Origin: Octopus sinensis
Lineage: Eukaryota
Assembly: GCF_006345805.1 (NCBI RefSeq)
Contig: NC_043021.1
Span: 7,936,001-8,000,000, forward strand
Direction of reading: 5' to 3'
DNA length: 64,000 nucleotides
A program made the position numbers and the translations under genes. Under the pieces are notes generated by a model. The model searched no databases, was not told the DNA's origin, and was given only the letters and a program-made list of their open reading frames with translations. Shown here in pieces: positions 24,496-38,020 of the stretch; the stretch's first letter is position 1; each line of letters starts with the position of its first letter.

Positions 24496-25730
24496 TGAAG
24501 TCCAAATAGAAAATAAAAAGATGTGACTATATTTACACTGACAGGAGTTTTAGAGAAGTTTTATGAAAGTCTAGTTATTTTCTATAGACCAGCATGCCTG
24601 CTTATAAATATATATATATTACATAACGATTAGATGATGTTTAGCACCCAGGTCAACCGTGACTGAGTAGATTTTGTGGTCGAAAGCACTTCAGCGTAGA
24701 TATCCCTTCCTTTTCGTGGTATGTAGGGCATTATTAAATATGTCATATCTTCGTTTAAGAAGGTATGTAATGCCATTGTAAGAGCGATTTGGCTGCTATT
24801 TCTAGCATGTCGAGCGGCCACGTAGAAGCCTTCTAATAACGTACGTGCAGATAAAAAAGGAAAAGGTGATTTAAATAAAATAGAAACACAACTGATGGAA
24901 GTGTTTATGCGAGTTGGCAGAATAACTTTCAGACATTTATTTCTTGAAAGAATTTCGCTCAAATTAATTAAATGACTATTTGCGGTTTGTTTCAACCAAA
25001 ACATACCATGGTAATGCCACCAACGTTAAATGGCTTGTTTCGAGAATTACTAATAATTATCCTGGCAAGTAGTTGACATAGCTCGTCTGAAACTTTATGC
25101 TTTAGTCTATTTACGCTCACCATTCATTTAGAATAACAAAACGTGCAATGTGACATTTGAAAGACATTTGGATGTTCATTAAAGATAGGAAGACATTAAG
25201 AAGACAAGCAGACGACACGAGTTTTCGTCAAACGAACAGAATTCTATTCAAAAAAATGTATTTTAAACAAACATTTGAAACAGATTTTGTTTATGCCTCG
25301 AATATTTATTCCAATTCAATTGCTTTTTAATCAAATGAAATAAAAAATAAAATAAAATAACCGTCTATTTTATGCGTGTATTAGAGCAAACTTGCCATAA
25401 TTTCAGAAAAAATGACATGAACGACAGATGTTCAATGAGAGGAGGAGGAGGAAAAAGAAGGCAGACGATAGCGATGTCATCATGAAAGAGATCTAAAAAA
25501 AATCGAAATAATGTTAGAATTGGTTCAGTGAGAATTTACTGCCACACCATGGCAATCAATACAAGTAATATAGATTTCTTAGATCACAGGAGTTCAGATT
25601 TTGAAGAGTTGAGAAAGTATGTGTAAACATTCATGCCTTTCTAAGTGGTTAAAACAGCAAATGGAAGTCGAGTCGTGGACTTGACTTTACAGCCATAATT
25701 TTTTTTTTACTACATTACAGAAATTATTCT

Positions 25731-25879
25731 TACATACATACATACATACGTACATACATACACACACATACATACATACATACATACATACATACATACA
25801 TACATACATGCATACATACATACACACATACATACATACCACACATACATACATACATACATACATTACATACATATAC

Positions 25880-25954
<75 letters not shown>

Positions 25955-26040
25955 CTGACAGACAGATATATAGACAGACAGACAGACAGACAGATATATA
26001 GACAGAGAGATATATAGACAGGCAGACAGATAGATAGATA
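25731..26040. repeat. compound (TACA)n-(TAGA)n-(CAGA)n microsatellite
   Basis: Read directly from the sequence. Confidence 0.95.
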
Positions 26041-26202
26041 CGCGGGACTCTAAACTCCTTCATGGGGGTCATAACGCCACCATCGTGAAATAATATGTCT
26101 TGGTTTTCCCAAGAGAAGAATCGACCATTGAACAAGACTGATACTTTATCGACCTTTGCAGGATTTGATCTCAGAGCGTTGTTGACAGCGAAGCAATAAT
26201 AA

Positions 26203-27240
26203 TGTGCCCACCACCATCGATTTGTTTCCTCATATATATGAGGACATTAATAAATGGATATTTCTTGATGAAATTTTCTACAAATACTCTTCAGATAGTG
26301 TAGATCCCGATTATATTGGAATTTGTGATATTTTTTTTCTTTTTCCGAAAGTGGGATGAGGAGTTTCGAAACATTTACATGAGTCGTCTGCTTCATCATA
26401 ACTTTCAGAAAAATTGATATCTTTTAATGGAATTTTCTGCAAATACCTTTCAGACTACGATTATATCGTTATTTGATAAGAAAAAGGAAACTGGTGGACT
26501 TGTTACTCATAAATATTGACACATCACAATTTTTTTTCCAAATTTCAAGTTTCATTTTATACATATATGTGATGTGTGCCAGTATGTATGTGTATAAGTC
26601 GACCAATTTTTTTTCTTCGTATTAAATTCCAATATGATCATAATTTACACACTCTGAAAGGTATTTGTAGAAAATTTCTCAAATAAATCACCCATTTTTC
26701 AGAAAGTTATGAGGAAACAAAACCGACTCGTGAGAATTTTCCAAAATTCCTCACTCCACCCTCGGGAAAATTTTTTTTTTTTTTTTTTTTCACCAAAAAT
26801 TCCAATACAACAGAATCTACATCATCAGAAGCATATTTGTAGAAAAATTCATCAAAAAATTCATCAAAATATATAAATTTTTCTGGGAGTTAAGAAGGGA
26901 ATGAAAAACCGACTCGTGAGCATTTTCCGAAACTTCTCATTCCACTTTGGAAAAGAAATTTTCAGCACAAATTCCAGTATAATCGGAATCTACACCATCT
27001 AAAGCGTATTTGTTGAAAATTTCATTGAAAATATCCATTTTTCTGGAAGTTATGAGTAAACAAAGTCGATGGGGTCACACTTGTATAGGTCTTAATGGTT
27101 CGGTTACCGAAAATATTTCAGAAAACAATTTTCACCATCTATTCCAATTTAATCGGAATCTACACCATCTGAAGCGTATTTGTAGAAAATTTCATTGAAA
27201 AAATATCCCATTTTTCTGGAAGTTGTGATGGGGGCATATT
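26203..27240. mobile_element. Foldback-like element made of inverted, internally repeated ~180-bp subunits
   Basis: Left subunits gaaattttctacaaatactcttcagatagtgtagat; right subunits are the reverse complement, atctacaccatctgaagcgtatttgtagaaaatttc. Terminal ccatcgatttgtttcctcat / atgagtaaacaaagtcgatgg. Confidence 0.7.
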
Positions 27241-27699
27241 TATGTAGGTATGCCCTAATTTGGTGATTTCTCATAGCTTGCAAGGATTAAAGTTTCTGCT
27301 ATTGCTGTCTCTAGTATTATGACGAGGGGATCTTGTGAAAAACAAACAAGCAAATTGGGGGGGTTTTTTGGTCCATTGTTGCGATTTTTAGACAACACAA
27401 TTCTCACAATTCACAAGAAAGATCCCTAATCGTTTTAGTCGCAGAAAGAACAGCGCACTTGACCCATTCCAAGATACTCATAGCTTGGGTGTAAACAACC
27501 CAGACTTTCTCAGACCAACACATTTTAATATCTTTAAAAAGAGGAAATATTGATGATATATACGAGTATGTGTGTGAATATGTATAAATGCGTATATATA
27601 TATATATGCGTGTCTGTGCATAGAGACAGATGGACTGTTATAACTACAGAGTATATATATATTGGCTAAACTGGCAAAATGACCATTCCTAAATACAAC

Positions 27700-28033
<334 letters not shown>

Positions 28034-28430
28034 AGATAAGGGGGAAGAGACTAAATATGTATTTGAGTTTATATATTTAAACATTGATTGTGGAAGAGAA
28101 AATATTTTTGATCATAAAGTCAGCTGAATCACATCTGACTTGGATCTAAAAAACACAAGAAATCTATATCTTATTTATAACAACATAATCACTATTTATC
28201 TTCAAAATATTGAACGAAAAATCTTGTGTTTGTTTGTTTGCAGGAAAAACATATTTAAAAAGAGAGAAAAAAAATGTTTTAAATTCTTTCAAAAATTTTG
28301 TTAAGCATTTTGCTTACAATTTCTGCAATGATTGAAATTTCATTATTTAATGGTTGGTTTTTTTTTTTCAAATTAAACTGGAACTAAATATTATTTACAT
28401 CGTGGAAAATGAATGACTATTTGACATTTT

Positions 28431-28605
28431 GGCGATCTTTCGTCTCTAGTAGACCTTTCCGTCGATTTCCGTAAATTTTTTTTTTTTTTTTTACATATGG
28501 GCTTGCGGGAACTTTTGAAGTAATGAGAGCGAAAGAGACTAAGAGAAAGCGATTGTATGACGAGGGAAGTTCTTTTGAAGTTACCGTGCATGGCAAGCAT
28601 TGATG

Positions 28606-28641
<36 letters not shown>

Positions 28642-28870
28642 ATGGGTGTGTGGGAGACAGACAGTATGTTGTGTAAGTGAAGTGCTCCTGTTAGTGTGTG
28701 TGAAGAGACAGAGTAATGTGTGAAAGAAAGAGATAACTGAAATTTTTTACTCGGTGTATGTGTATATGTATGTATATTACTTCAAAAGTTCCCGCAAGCC
28801 CATATGTAAAAAAAAAAAAAAATTTTTTACGGAAATCGACGGAAAGGTCTACTAGAGACGAAAGATCGCC
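28431..28870. mobile_element. young MITE with ~93-bp near-perfect TIRs (GGCGATC termini)
   Basis: 28431-28523 is the reverse complement of 28776-28870, apart from the poly-T tract. tttt lies on both sides. Confidence 0.9.
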
Positions 28871-29027
28871 TTTTCACTTTCTGGTTTTATTTATTTAAAA
28901 AAAAAAAGGCCTTACAATCATTGACACAATTCCACTGGCTCTGGAATTGTGTCAGGTTGTATATTGCGTGAGACGAAAGAAGCATTTTAGACAGTTTAAA
29001 AATAAAAGTAAAAGTGAAAATACAATG

Positions 29028-29109
<82 letters not shown>

Positions 29110-29308
29110 TCATTTTCCCACGATGTTTTCTGACAACTGGTTTCATTTTTGAACACATCGATCTTCAGATCAAAAGCCACTTACTTGCCAAGCAACTCCG
29201 GAAAATGTGTTGTTTAAAAGCGGCGATTATGAAATGGGCAAAAAGAGAAGAACATCACCACGAGACGAAATGGCCAAGATAAGACAAAACAGATTGAATA
29301 AGGAAACG

Positions 29309-29700
29309 TGTGAGAGAGAGGGAGAGAGAGGGAGGGAGTAAGAGAGAGGGAGCGAGAGAGTGAGAGAGAGGGAACGAATAAGAGAGGGGGAGAGAGTAAG
29401 AGAGTAAGAGAGTAAGAGAGAGTAAAAGAAAGGAAGAGAGTGTGAGAGAGGGAGAGAGTAAAAGAAAGGAAGAGAGTAAGAGAGAGGGAGCGAGTAACAG
29501 AGAGGGAGCGAGTAAGAGAGAGGGAGAACGTAAGAGAGAGGGAGAAAATAAGAGAGAGGTAGAGAGTAAGAGAGAGAGGAGAAAGTAAGAGAGAGGGAGA
29601 GAGTAAGAGAAAGGGAGAGAGTAAGAGAGAGGGAGAGAGTAAAAGAAAGGAAGAGAGGGACATGATAAGAGAGTGGGAGAGAAAGAGAGAGGTAGAGAGA
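29309..29700. repeat. purine-strand minisatellite (~18-bp agagtaagagagagggag units)
   Basis: Read directly from the sequence. Confidence 0.9.
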
Positions 29701-29899
29701 TAAATTTTTTTCTTTTATCTTTTCTTATCTCTCTATTTTTCTTATTTCCTTAATAATTTAACTGTTTGAACAATCTTAATTGATTGAAGTTGTTTTTCCA
29801 ACTCGTGCTGTATTACATATGTGAAATTAAACCATATTTGTAAGCATAATAATAATTTAAAAAATATATATTCCGTGAGAAATATTTGAGGTAACTTAC

Positions 29900-30178
29900 G
29901 GTTTCGGGTAAAAAGGACATCGACCGATTGCAAGACAGAAGACAATAGTGATGAGGAGAAGAGTTGGAGGAGAAGGAAGAGGTACTGATGAATGAAAGGG
30001 GTCTTCTTCGTGCCCCCCCCCACCACCACCACCACATACTACCATCGCTACCACTTGGTCGACCCTGGTCCAATGGGCCCGGAGAAGAGCATGCTAATCT
30101 CTGGGCCGTTCCAGTTTTAGAATATGTACTACGACCCGATGTAGATTTGTGGATCAAAGGCGCTCCTGCCATGATCAT
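29900..30178 (-). CDS. candidate first coding exon (93 codons, MIMAGAPLIHKSTSGRSTYSKTG...RSMSFLPET), product unknown
   Basis: Non-repetitive GC/CpG-rich open frame with ATG in atcATGG context, ending at consensus donor ACC/gtaagt in phase 0. Confidence 0.4.
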
Positions 30179-30269
30179 CTATCTAATTCGTGATAGTAAT
30201 TTCCCATTTGATGTTCGTAAAATCGAATTTGCTTTAGTTTCAGTTTCATTTCAACTCGATTAGCATATT

Positions 30270-30590
30270 TTGTGGATTAGTTAGGGTTAAGGGTTGGGGA
30301 AGGGTATCTTTTTTTTATTCACAAATGTAAATAAACCCAATCTGTTTCTTAAAGGAGGGACATATTCATTATGCACAGAATGTTATTTACCTAAATGGAC
30401 TCCAGTGATTGGTTAAAATTGCCGAAATGCAAGTAATTTCAGACGAAATATCTTACAAACTATATAATTTTCTCAATAAAGTCAAGAGAAAATGATGTTT
30501 TATAAACACATTCTACCAGTATACGAAGTTTAAAACTTTTTAGTTACCTAGAAATTATGTTACAAAGTGCCGTTCAAAAGGAAAAGATCC
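30270..30590. mobile_element. partial copy of the GGATC-terminated Merlin-like MITE
   Basis: Matches 52377-52788 in reverse. Ends gccgttcaaaaggaaaagatcc. Confidence 0.8.
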
Positions 30591-30795
30591 CTTTATTGCC
30601 CACAAGGGGCTACACACAGAGGGGACAAACAAGGACAGACAAACGGATTAAGTCGATTATATCGACCCCAGTGTGTAACTGGTACTTGTTTAATCGACCC
30701 CGAAAGGATGAATTTGAACTCGGAACGTTGCGACAGACGAAATACTGTTAAGCATTTCGCTCGGCGTGCTAACGTTTCTGCCATCTTGCCGCCTT
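30591..30795 (-). mobile_element. SINE-B with internal deletion
   Basis: Family match. Confidence 0.85.
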
Positions 30796-31625
30796 AGTTA
30801 GCTATATACCAGCTAAATCAATATATTTTCACATCAAAATATTTAGGGTATTGTTCCAAATCAAAGGAAACCAATAGTTCTCTTTACTTCACAAACCCTG
30901 ATTCCCGACTGAAACGATTTTCTCTTTTATTTGCTCTGCTAATGCATTGGAGAAAACCATTAATGTTACCTAATCTCACCTCGTGTTTAAACACGATCTC
31001 TTAAGCGTAAGAAATCAATATCCACCGCTTAAAATTTGAGAATGTTTGCCCATACTAGAAATTAATATCTACTAATATAGATATGATAGAGAAATAAATT
31101 CTTTCCAAACAAAATAAAATGACCCCCTAGTAAGAGTAGTTTATAGTTCCAATGATTTCTTGGAAGTCGTTAGGAAGCTAGGAAATGCCTACCTTCCGCA
31201 AGTGTTTTATGTGATGCAAATTAAGTGGAACTATTCCAAGAGAAATGACACTGTCATGTGAACAACATCAATGAGATCTATGACAGCCATGGTATTTCCC
31301 CCAAGAGACCCATTACTATTTTTAAAAATCGGAATTACCAAAAACTTAAAATCTACATTATGACTGATAGGTGAGAGTTAGTTAGTGGGTCGTTAAATAC
31401 ACACTCCATTGAAAACAACCTTCCATGTTTCGGCGAGTTATATTCGTTGATTCTGAAATATTCATACGTGAGCAATAATTTTAATGTGGCTCTTGAGTTT
31501 TTGTAGATCAACAACTGAGTATTTCTTGAGTCTAAAGAGGAATCCCACATTGCAGTGTGGACACTGTTACAGAGATGGAATCACTATAAAGGATCATTAA
31601 AATATTGTGAGGACTAGGGTTTCTA

Positions 31626-31872
31626 AGGTCTTTGGAAAATTTTGTGTCGTTCATAACAAGAGAAAATGAAGTACATGTCTGTTTTCAACAAATGTGTGGT
31701 GATAGTGTACTATAAAAGGAGTTTACTATCATCTCCTTGTTGGAAAATGTTCAAAGAGATGATAGCAAACTCTCTTTTTATAGTACAAATACACTATCAC
31801 TACACATTTGTCGAAAACAGACATGTACTTCACTTTCTCCGGTTATGAACGACACAAAATTTTTTAAGACCT
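31626..31872. mobile_element. fold-back MITE (almost entirely palindromic), TA TSD, Tc1/mariner-type
   Basis: Arms of about 110 bp: aggtctt..aaaattttgtgtcgttcataac / gttatgaacgacacaaaatttt..aagacct. TA on both sides. Confidence 0.85.
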
Positions 31873-32767
31873 TATATGTGCTAAGTCGGTTAGTAAATTG
31901 TTGTAAACAATGATAGTTGCTATAGAAACCGGAAGGGACTATAGTGACATCCCATAATTTCATGTAAACAATGTCTGTTATGACCAATATATATAGAACG
32001 TACATATATTGACGGAGTTCTGGTTTAAGTGTTCTATATAAGTCCTTCATTACTTTTTTATTTTTTTTTAATTTTCAGAAAATTTGTGATCCACACACGA
32101 GAATTCATACGATTATAGGGAAAAAATTGTATCTGGTTTAAGGGTGATTTAGCTGTTATTTTTAACGCCTCTCACGACCACTTGATACCTTCGTTTCTTT
32201 GTCACCCTGATATGTATTGATATTTTTAAATATTTTCTCCCAATAAACGCATTTAATAGAATGATGATGAACCTAAGGGTGGTCCATTGCTGGGATTTAA
32301 GCAAAAAATTCTAACTGTTCGTATTTCAAACTCTTATATTTAAAAAAAAATTCGATAAAAGTGTGACTTTTAGGATTTATGGGGCGGGAGATAAAAAATA
32401 CCGTAAATCCCCAAGTATAATCTGCATTTTTTTCCCAAAATTTAAAGGTCAAAATCCCTAGTGCGTACGAGGTTAAAAATGAAAAATATTTTCTAAGCAA
32501 TGTCCGAGTCTCTATTTGCTGTCCAGCAATGTTTATTCAGGCACATTTTGTTATGTCGGGCGCGAAAATACCTTAAGCTAAGCCTGAAAGCAATGAAGTC
32601 ATAAAGTGATTTATGAACTAAATGGATGTCGACTGGAGAAAAGTCGTTCACTAAAGGTGGAAGAGTTCGCGTTCCCGACCTGACTTTGATATGCAAATGG
32701 ATCGTGTATGCATGGAATGAACTTGAGTCTCAGATTATTGTGAAAAGTTTTATCAAATGTCGTATAT

Positions 32768-32999
32768 CTGTTTCTTTATTACCCATAAGGGGCTAAACAT
32801 AGAGGGGACAAACAAGGACAGACAAACGGATTAAGTCGATTACATCGACCCCAGTGCGTAACTGGTACTTAATTTATCGACCCCGAAAAGATGGAAGGCA
32901 AAGTCGACCTCGGCAGAATTTGAACTCAGAACGTAACGGCAGACGAAATACGGCTACGCATTTCGCCCGGCGTGCTAACGTTTCTGCCAGCTCGCCGCC
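32768..32999 (-). mobile_element. SINE-B, full length, young
   Basis: Complete from head to tail, CpGs intact. Confidence 0.92.
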
Positions 33000-33000
33000 C

Positions 33001-33460
33001 TCAATTTCATATGACACAGCTAGAAAAAACTGCTATTTTCTCAACCGGTGTCATATGAATTTGTCACCCATAATTATGACCCTAGAATCGATCTATTGCA
33101 TTTCAATCTATTTTAGATTTAGGGTTAGTTAGGGTTAGTTATGGTTAGGGTTAGGGTTAAGGGTGGGGGAAGGGTATCTTTTTTTTCTTCACAAATGTAA
33201 GTAAACCCAATCTGTTTCTTAAAGGAGGGATATATTCATACGGCACAGAATGCTTTCACCTCAATAGACGGTCATTGATTGGTTCAAATTGCCGAAATGC
33301 AAGAAATTAAAGACGAAATATGTTACAAAATACGGGATTTTCTCAAGAAAGCCATGAGAAAATTATGTTTTATAAACACATTCTACCAGTATACAAAGTT
33401 AAAAATTTTTTAGTTACTTAGAAATTATGTTAAAAACTGCCGTTCAAACCGAAAAGATCC
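33001..33460. mobile_element. Merlin-like MITE copy with folded-back left end and internal TTAGGG-like repeats
   Basis: Right end aaaaactgccgttcaaaccgaaaagatcc. TTAGGG-like run at 33118-33165. Confidence 0.8.
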
Positions 33461-33539
33461 CAATCAACGAAAAAAAATTAAAATTCCAATGATTCCGGGA
33501 TATGGGGGAGGGTCTGGTTTCCCACTTACCCCCCCCCTT

Positions 33540-33650
33540 TTTTTCCAACAAAAATAAGGGGTTTGCAGCATATTATGAGGTCAGGGTACTTGGTTCCACG
33601 CAAAAAAATCCGAGGTTTCTTTTTTTTTAAGTGAAAATCGTGCGGGTGAA
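33540..33650. repeat. unclassified dispersed repeat (second copy at about 54395-54492)
   Basis: Shared tttgcagcatatta.gaggtcag.gtact.g.ttccacgcaaaaaa...agtgaaaat.gtgcgggtg. Confidence 0.7.
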
Positions 33651-34636
33651 AAGATCAAAATTTACCCTCATTTTACCCCAGCTAAATTTGTCTTTTATAT
33701 GCTCAAAGAGAACGGCGATAATTTTCTAAAATAGCGATTAGATCATTATATAATGCTTTTAATGCATTTAGAGGTCATTTGTTTAGCTGATATAGTTTTT
33801 GTAAACAAGTGAACATTTGTAAAAAATATATTTTGTCTCAAAGTCAAAAAGGCAGTAAAAAAAAAACCCTCGTTGTGCACCACCTCCATACACACACACA
33901 TACATATGCATAGCCTTTACTTAAATATATTATAAAATGTTTGTTCCTGTTTACAACAGACTATTTTCAGATTACTTCCATCCATTCAGTGAATGTCATT
34001 ATTTTGATGACTGGTCGCTGGCTTTGACCAAAAATAGCAAAGATAATTCTTCAAAAATCAGGTCAGCTGACACATCGAATTTTCATCAATAACAAGAGCC
34101 AGTCGACATGTACGTTGTTGTGATCACTTATTTCAACCAAATTCTTCTAGCATGTACGTACGTCAGCGTGTTTCAAACTTTATTCCCAGTTATTACGATA
34201 TTATAAAATGTCGTTGTTTACATGAACTAGCAGAACGAAAAAAAAGGAAATATTGTTGCAATTACAGCTCTATGCTCTGTGCTGCATTGCAATGCCTGAA
34301 AATTCACTCATTCACTCATTCATAATCCCACTTTCTATCATTCCTACTTAACATATCATTACTAGATACTAAACAGAACACCAAGAGACATACATTGGGA
34401 AAAAGTTCTTATCAGCTCTTCAGATACAGGCCGTAAAGAATGCTCTCTCTCTTACACAAAGAATATTCATAAATACATCAACATATAATCATAAGACACA
34501 TTGTCATGTTATATTATCACTTGAAATGTGTTCGATTGCTTGTTAATTTCCTCTCAGACGTTTTAATGAATATACAAACTCTACCATGTTTTGTAAAAGT
34601 GAATTCCTTCATTTATCTAGCTAGAACATGGATGTA

Positions 34637-34863
34637 TACTCTTTTTTACTCTTTTACTTGTTTCAGTCATTTGACTGCGGCCATGCTGGAGCACCGCCTT
34701 TAGTCGAGCAAATCGACCCCGGGACTTATTCTTTGTAAGCCCAGTACTTATTCTATCGGTCTTTTTTGCCGAACCGCTAAGTGACGGAGACGTAAACACA
34801 CCAGCATCGGTTGTCAAGCAATGCTAGAGGGACAAACACAGACATATACATTCACATACATAC

Positions 34864-34894
<31 letters not shown>

Positions 34895-35074
34895 ATATAT
34901 ATATATGTATACGACAGGCTTCTTTCAGTTTCCGTCTACCAAATCCACTCACAAGGCATTGGTCGGCCCGGGGCTATAGCAAAAGACACTTGCCCAAGAT
35001 GCCACGCAGTGGGACTGAACCCAGAACCATGTGGTTGGTAGGCAAGCTACTTACCACACAGCCACTCCTGCGCC
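34637..35074 (-). mobile_element. SINE-A, young
   Basis: Full-length family match. Confidence 0.92.
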
Positions 35075-35410
35075 TATATATAACTTTCTTGTTTAATTTA
35101 TTGATCATTCTTGTCTTCAGTCGGTGCTGACTTTTGACTTGCATTTAGTTTATTACATGCTTTCCTTGGAGCAGCAATTCTTGTTTTTCTTACTCCATTC
35201 TTACGAAACTAAAATATGTGTACGATCTATTTGGTTTTATTGAAATAAGATAACGATAATTGATGGGTTAACATCTACTAACATTATTTTCATCTTAATC
35301 TGCAGTTATGAATTTGTGCTTCTTCTTTCTGAATTAAATATAGTGAATTATTCTGTTGTGTCTGGGGAGAGTCATTTTCTTTTTGTGCCTTATAACTTAA
35401 CACTTTCAAG

Positions 35411-35449
35411 ACTATTGAAAAGGTTGCAAGACGCAACGAAAATTTTAGT
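35411..35449 (+). ncRNA. minimal type-I hammerhead ribozyme with compensatory U3-A8 core
   Basis: Stem I ACTA/TAGT, core TTGAAAA, extra G, stem II GTTGC-aagac-GCAAC, GAAA, palindromic AATT stem III. Predicted cleavage after 35445. Confidence 0.65.
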
Positions 35450-35719
35450 AAAATAAAAATAAGAAATAAGTGGAAATTTTACCGGTGAGTGTGTTTAATA
35501 ATACAGAAGCAGAAGAATTTTAATACCATCCCAAAACGTACTGAAATTTATGTCAATTGGACCACTTGTATGCATGGAAAACCACAATTTTAGTAGAAAT
35601 ACCGTCAACCCTTCCTCCCCTGAAAGTTTGCCATCCCTTTTCCTGAATCCCTGATACGTAAACATGACAATAACAAAAATTATATGAGAAATTATTTATT
35701 CACAAAAGCATTTTATTTA

Positions 35720-35960
35720 CAGCAAAGTAACCAGCTTTTCTATGTTCAGCTCTGTTTTGGAGAGGGCAGCCCTCATTTCTGGTGTGACATACAGTTGATT
35801 TCATGACTTTGTTTTGAAGGCAAGGAAAGTGGAAAACACGGTCTCACACTCATAGGTGGTTCGAAATAGCATCAGTACTTTAAGAGCCATCTTTGCGACA
35901 TCAGGATATGACCGTGCCATTTCAATCCAAAAGTCACCGACTAGGCATAGCAATCCAAAC
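35720..35960 (-). mobile_element. hAT (Buster-like) transposase dimerisation-domain remnant
   Basis: FWIEMARSYPDVAKMALKVLMLFRTTYECETVFSTFLAFKTKS*NQLYVTPEMRAALSKTELNIEKLV. Confidence 0.8.
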
Positions 35961-36993
35961 TCCCTCAAATTATACCCTATCATCAAAGAGAAGGATATAT
36001 CGCTCACTATGGTTTCTAATATGCAAAAAGTTAAGATAGATTTACTAGCCTCCATTATTGAACTTTGACCAAGCTTTCAAGAGTTTTGGTCAATCATAGT
36101 AACACTAGTACTTGTTTCAGTTTCACGTTTATTTTATCATTTTCTAATTATTGAACTGTTAAGTTAAAGGACACTCACTGCGTTATTCATTTTCCATCAC
36201 ATTCATGTGAATTCCATTAAATATAAGCCCTGTCACCAGGCCCATTTTCAAGTATCATTAAAATATCATTAAAATATTATTAAAATATTATTCATGGATC
36301 AAGGGCTACAGCACTTCCTTAAAATAGCACTGCTTGTGTGACTCTAAGGTTTGGTGAAACTCAGGCAGGGAACAAGGGAGATAATCTACTTTATCTTAAA
36401 GGGGGTCAGGTCCTTTAAGATGTACTTGTGATAAAGAATTATCAGTTAAGGTACAAATCTTACAATACAAATGTCCCATCATCTGTCTGTTTCTCTAAAA
36501 ATAGTAACATGTCAATTGAATTTTTAAAATTTTTTCTAGAGTAAAACGCCAGTATAGTAGTAACAAGTAACAGCTTGCAGAAAGCTAGTAAATAGCAAAA
36601 GATCTGAGTCAATTCTCACATGCACGCACGCCACACACACTCCTGAACCTAAGCAACAACAACAGATGTTCTAGTTTATCTGACCTTCAAGCATACTCCC
36701 CCACACTCTATTCTAAAGAACAATAATTGTTCTTTCATATACACATACATACAGATATCTTTTATCTTTCATTTGTTTCTGTCATTGGACTGTGGGCAAG
36801 CTGGGGCACTGCCTTGGAGGATTTTTGTTGTCAAATGAATTGACCCCCCCAGTATTTGTTTTTTTTAAGACCTGGTACTTATTCTATTGGTCTTTTTTGC
36901 CAAACTGTTAGGTTATGTAGATGTAAACATTACATTAGTTGTCAAGTGATGGTGGAGGACAAACAAGGACACACACACAAATACACACATATA

Positions 36994-37559
36994 TTGGGTT
37001 GTCCGGAAAGTTCGTGCCGATTTTTAAAGGAAAGAAAAAGGTCAATAAATACTTGCCATTACATTTTTAATCAACCAAATATGAACCATTTTGTTGCACA
37101 ATGCGTCTCCATCTTTCCTTTAACTTGAAAATACCCTCTTCTCAGAATTGAGGTGGTTCATGGCAAAAAAATTCATCAAGGTATCTTTTTATGTCATCCA
37201 AGGAATTGAAATTTTTACCATTAAGACTATTCTGCAGAGACCTGAATAAGTGGAAGTCCGAAGGAGCAATGTCTGGTGAATATGGAGGGTGGGGTAACAC
37301 ATCTCAGCTGAGCTGCAGCAATTTTTGTCTGGTTCCTAAAGCATCAAGTGCAGAAAATGATCTTTCTTATCTTCCATTTTAAAGGGTTACAGAATTAACA
37401 CAGGTTATAGGAACAAAAACCTTCTTCTATGAAAAAATAGCTTAAACTGTGCTTTAAATGGAGGTGTAGTCAAATCCTATTTTATGGACTCAACCATGTT
37501 TTAAAACAAGTCGAAAGGTAAGCTACTATAAATCGGCATGAACTTTCCAGACAACCCAA
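36994..37559 (-). mobile_element. internally deleted mariner (DD34D) element inserted in the TA tract of a SINE-A
   Basis: TIRs ttgggttgtccggaaagttcgtgccgattt / aaatcggcatgaactttccagacaacccaa, TA TSD. Translates LPHPPYSPDIAPSDFHLFRSLQNSLNGK. Confidence 0.9.
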
Positions 37560-38020
37560 TAGAAACATATTTACCTGTATATAGATGATATCTATGCATC
37601 TGTGTCAGTATTGCAGTACATAATTGATTACTTTTTGTTAAACATAGTATACAAAGTATGTTATGCAACAGTGTCTAAAGTGGTTCTCCACTAAGATTTA
37701 ACACTCCAGTTTTTTATAATTTCAAGCAAAGCTTCAAGAATATTTGGGAATACAATTTGGCAGGAATTTACTTAATTTTTCTTTAAAGTCAACATCACTA
37801 ATTTCGCAAGCACTTGTATGGGCGCCAGATAAATGTGCTTGTGCCAGTATCACATGAAAAGAACGCAGCACACATTGTAAAGTGGTTGACATAAGGAAGG
37901 GCATCCAGTCATAGAAACCAAGCCAAACCAGATTTGAACCTGATGCAGCTCTCCTGCTTGCCAGCTCTGGTCAAACTGTCCAACCTATGCCATCACAGAA
38001 AGCAGATGTTAAAGAATAAC

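Noticed and set aside
25549-25616. Plus-strand mini-exon MAINTSNIDFLDHRSSDFEELR with good start context and gtatgt donor
   Set aside because: No convincing downstream exon or homology found; could be chance.
33118-33165. TTAGGG-like repeats (also 60380-60400) as a telomere or fusion site
   Set aside because: Short, degenerate and, at 33.1 kb, an internal part of a MITE.
34005-34110. Minus-strand LALVIDENSM...IFAIFGQSQRPV resembling PIF1/Helitron helicase motifs II-III
   Set aside because: Too short and degenerate, wrong spacing, and no Walker A nearby.
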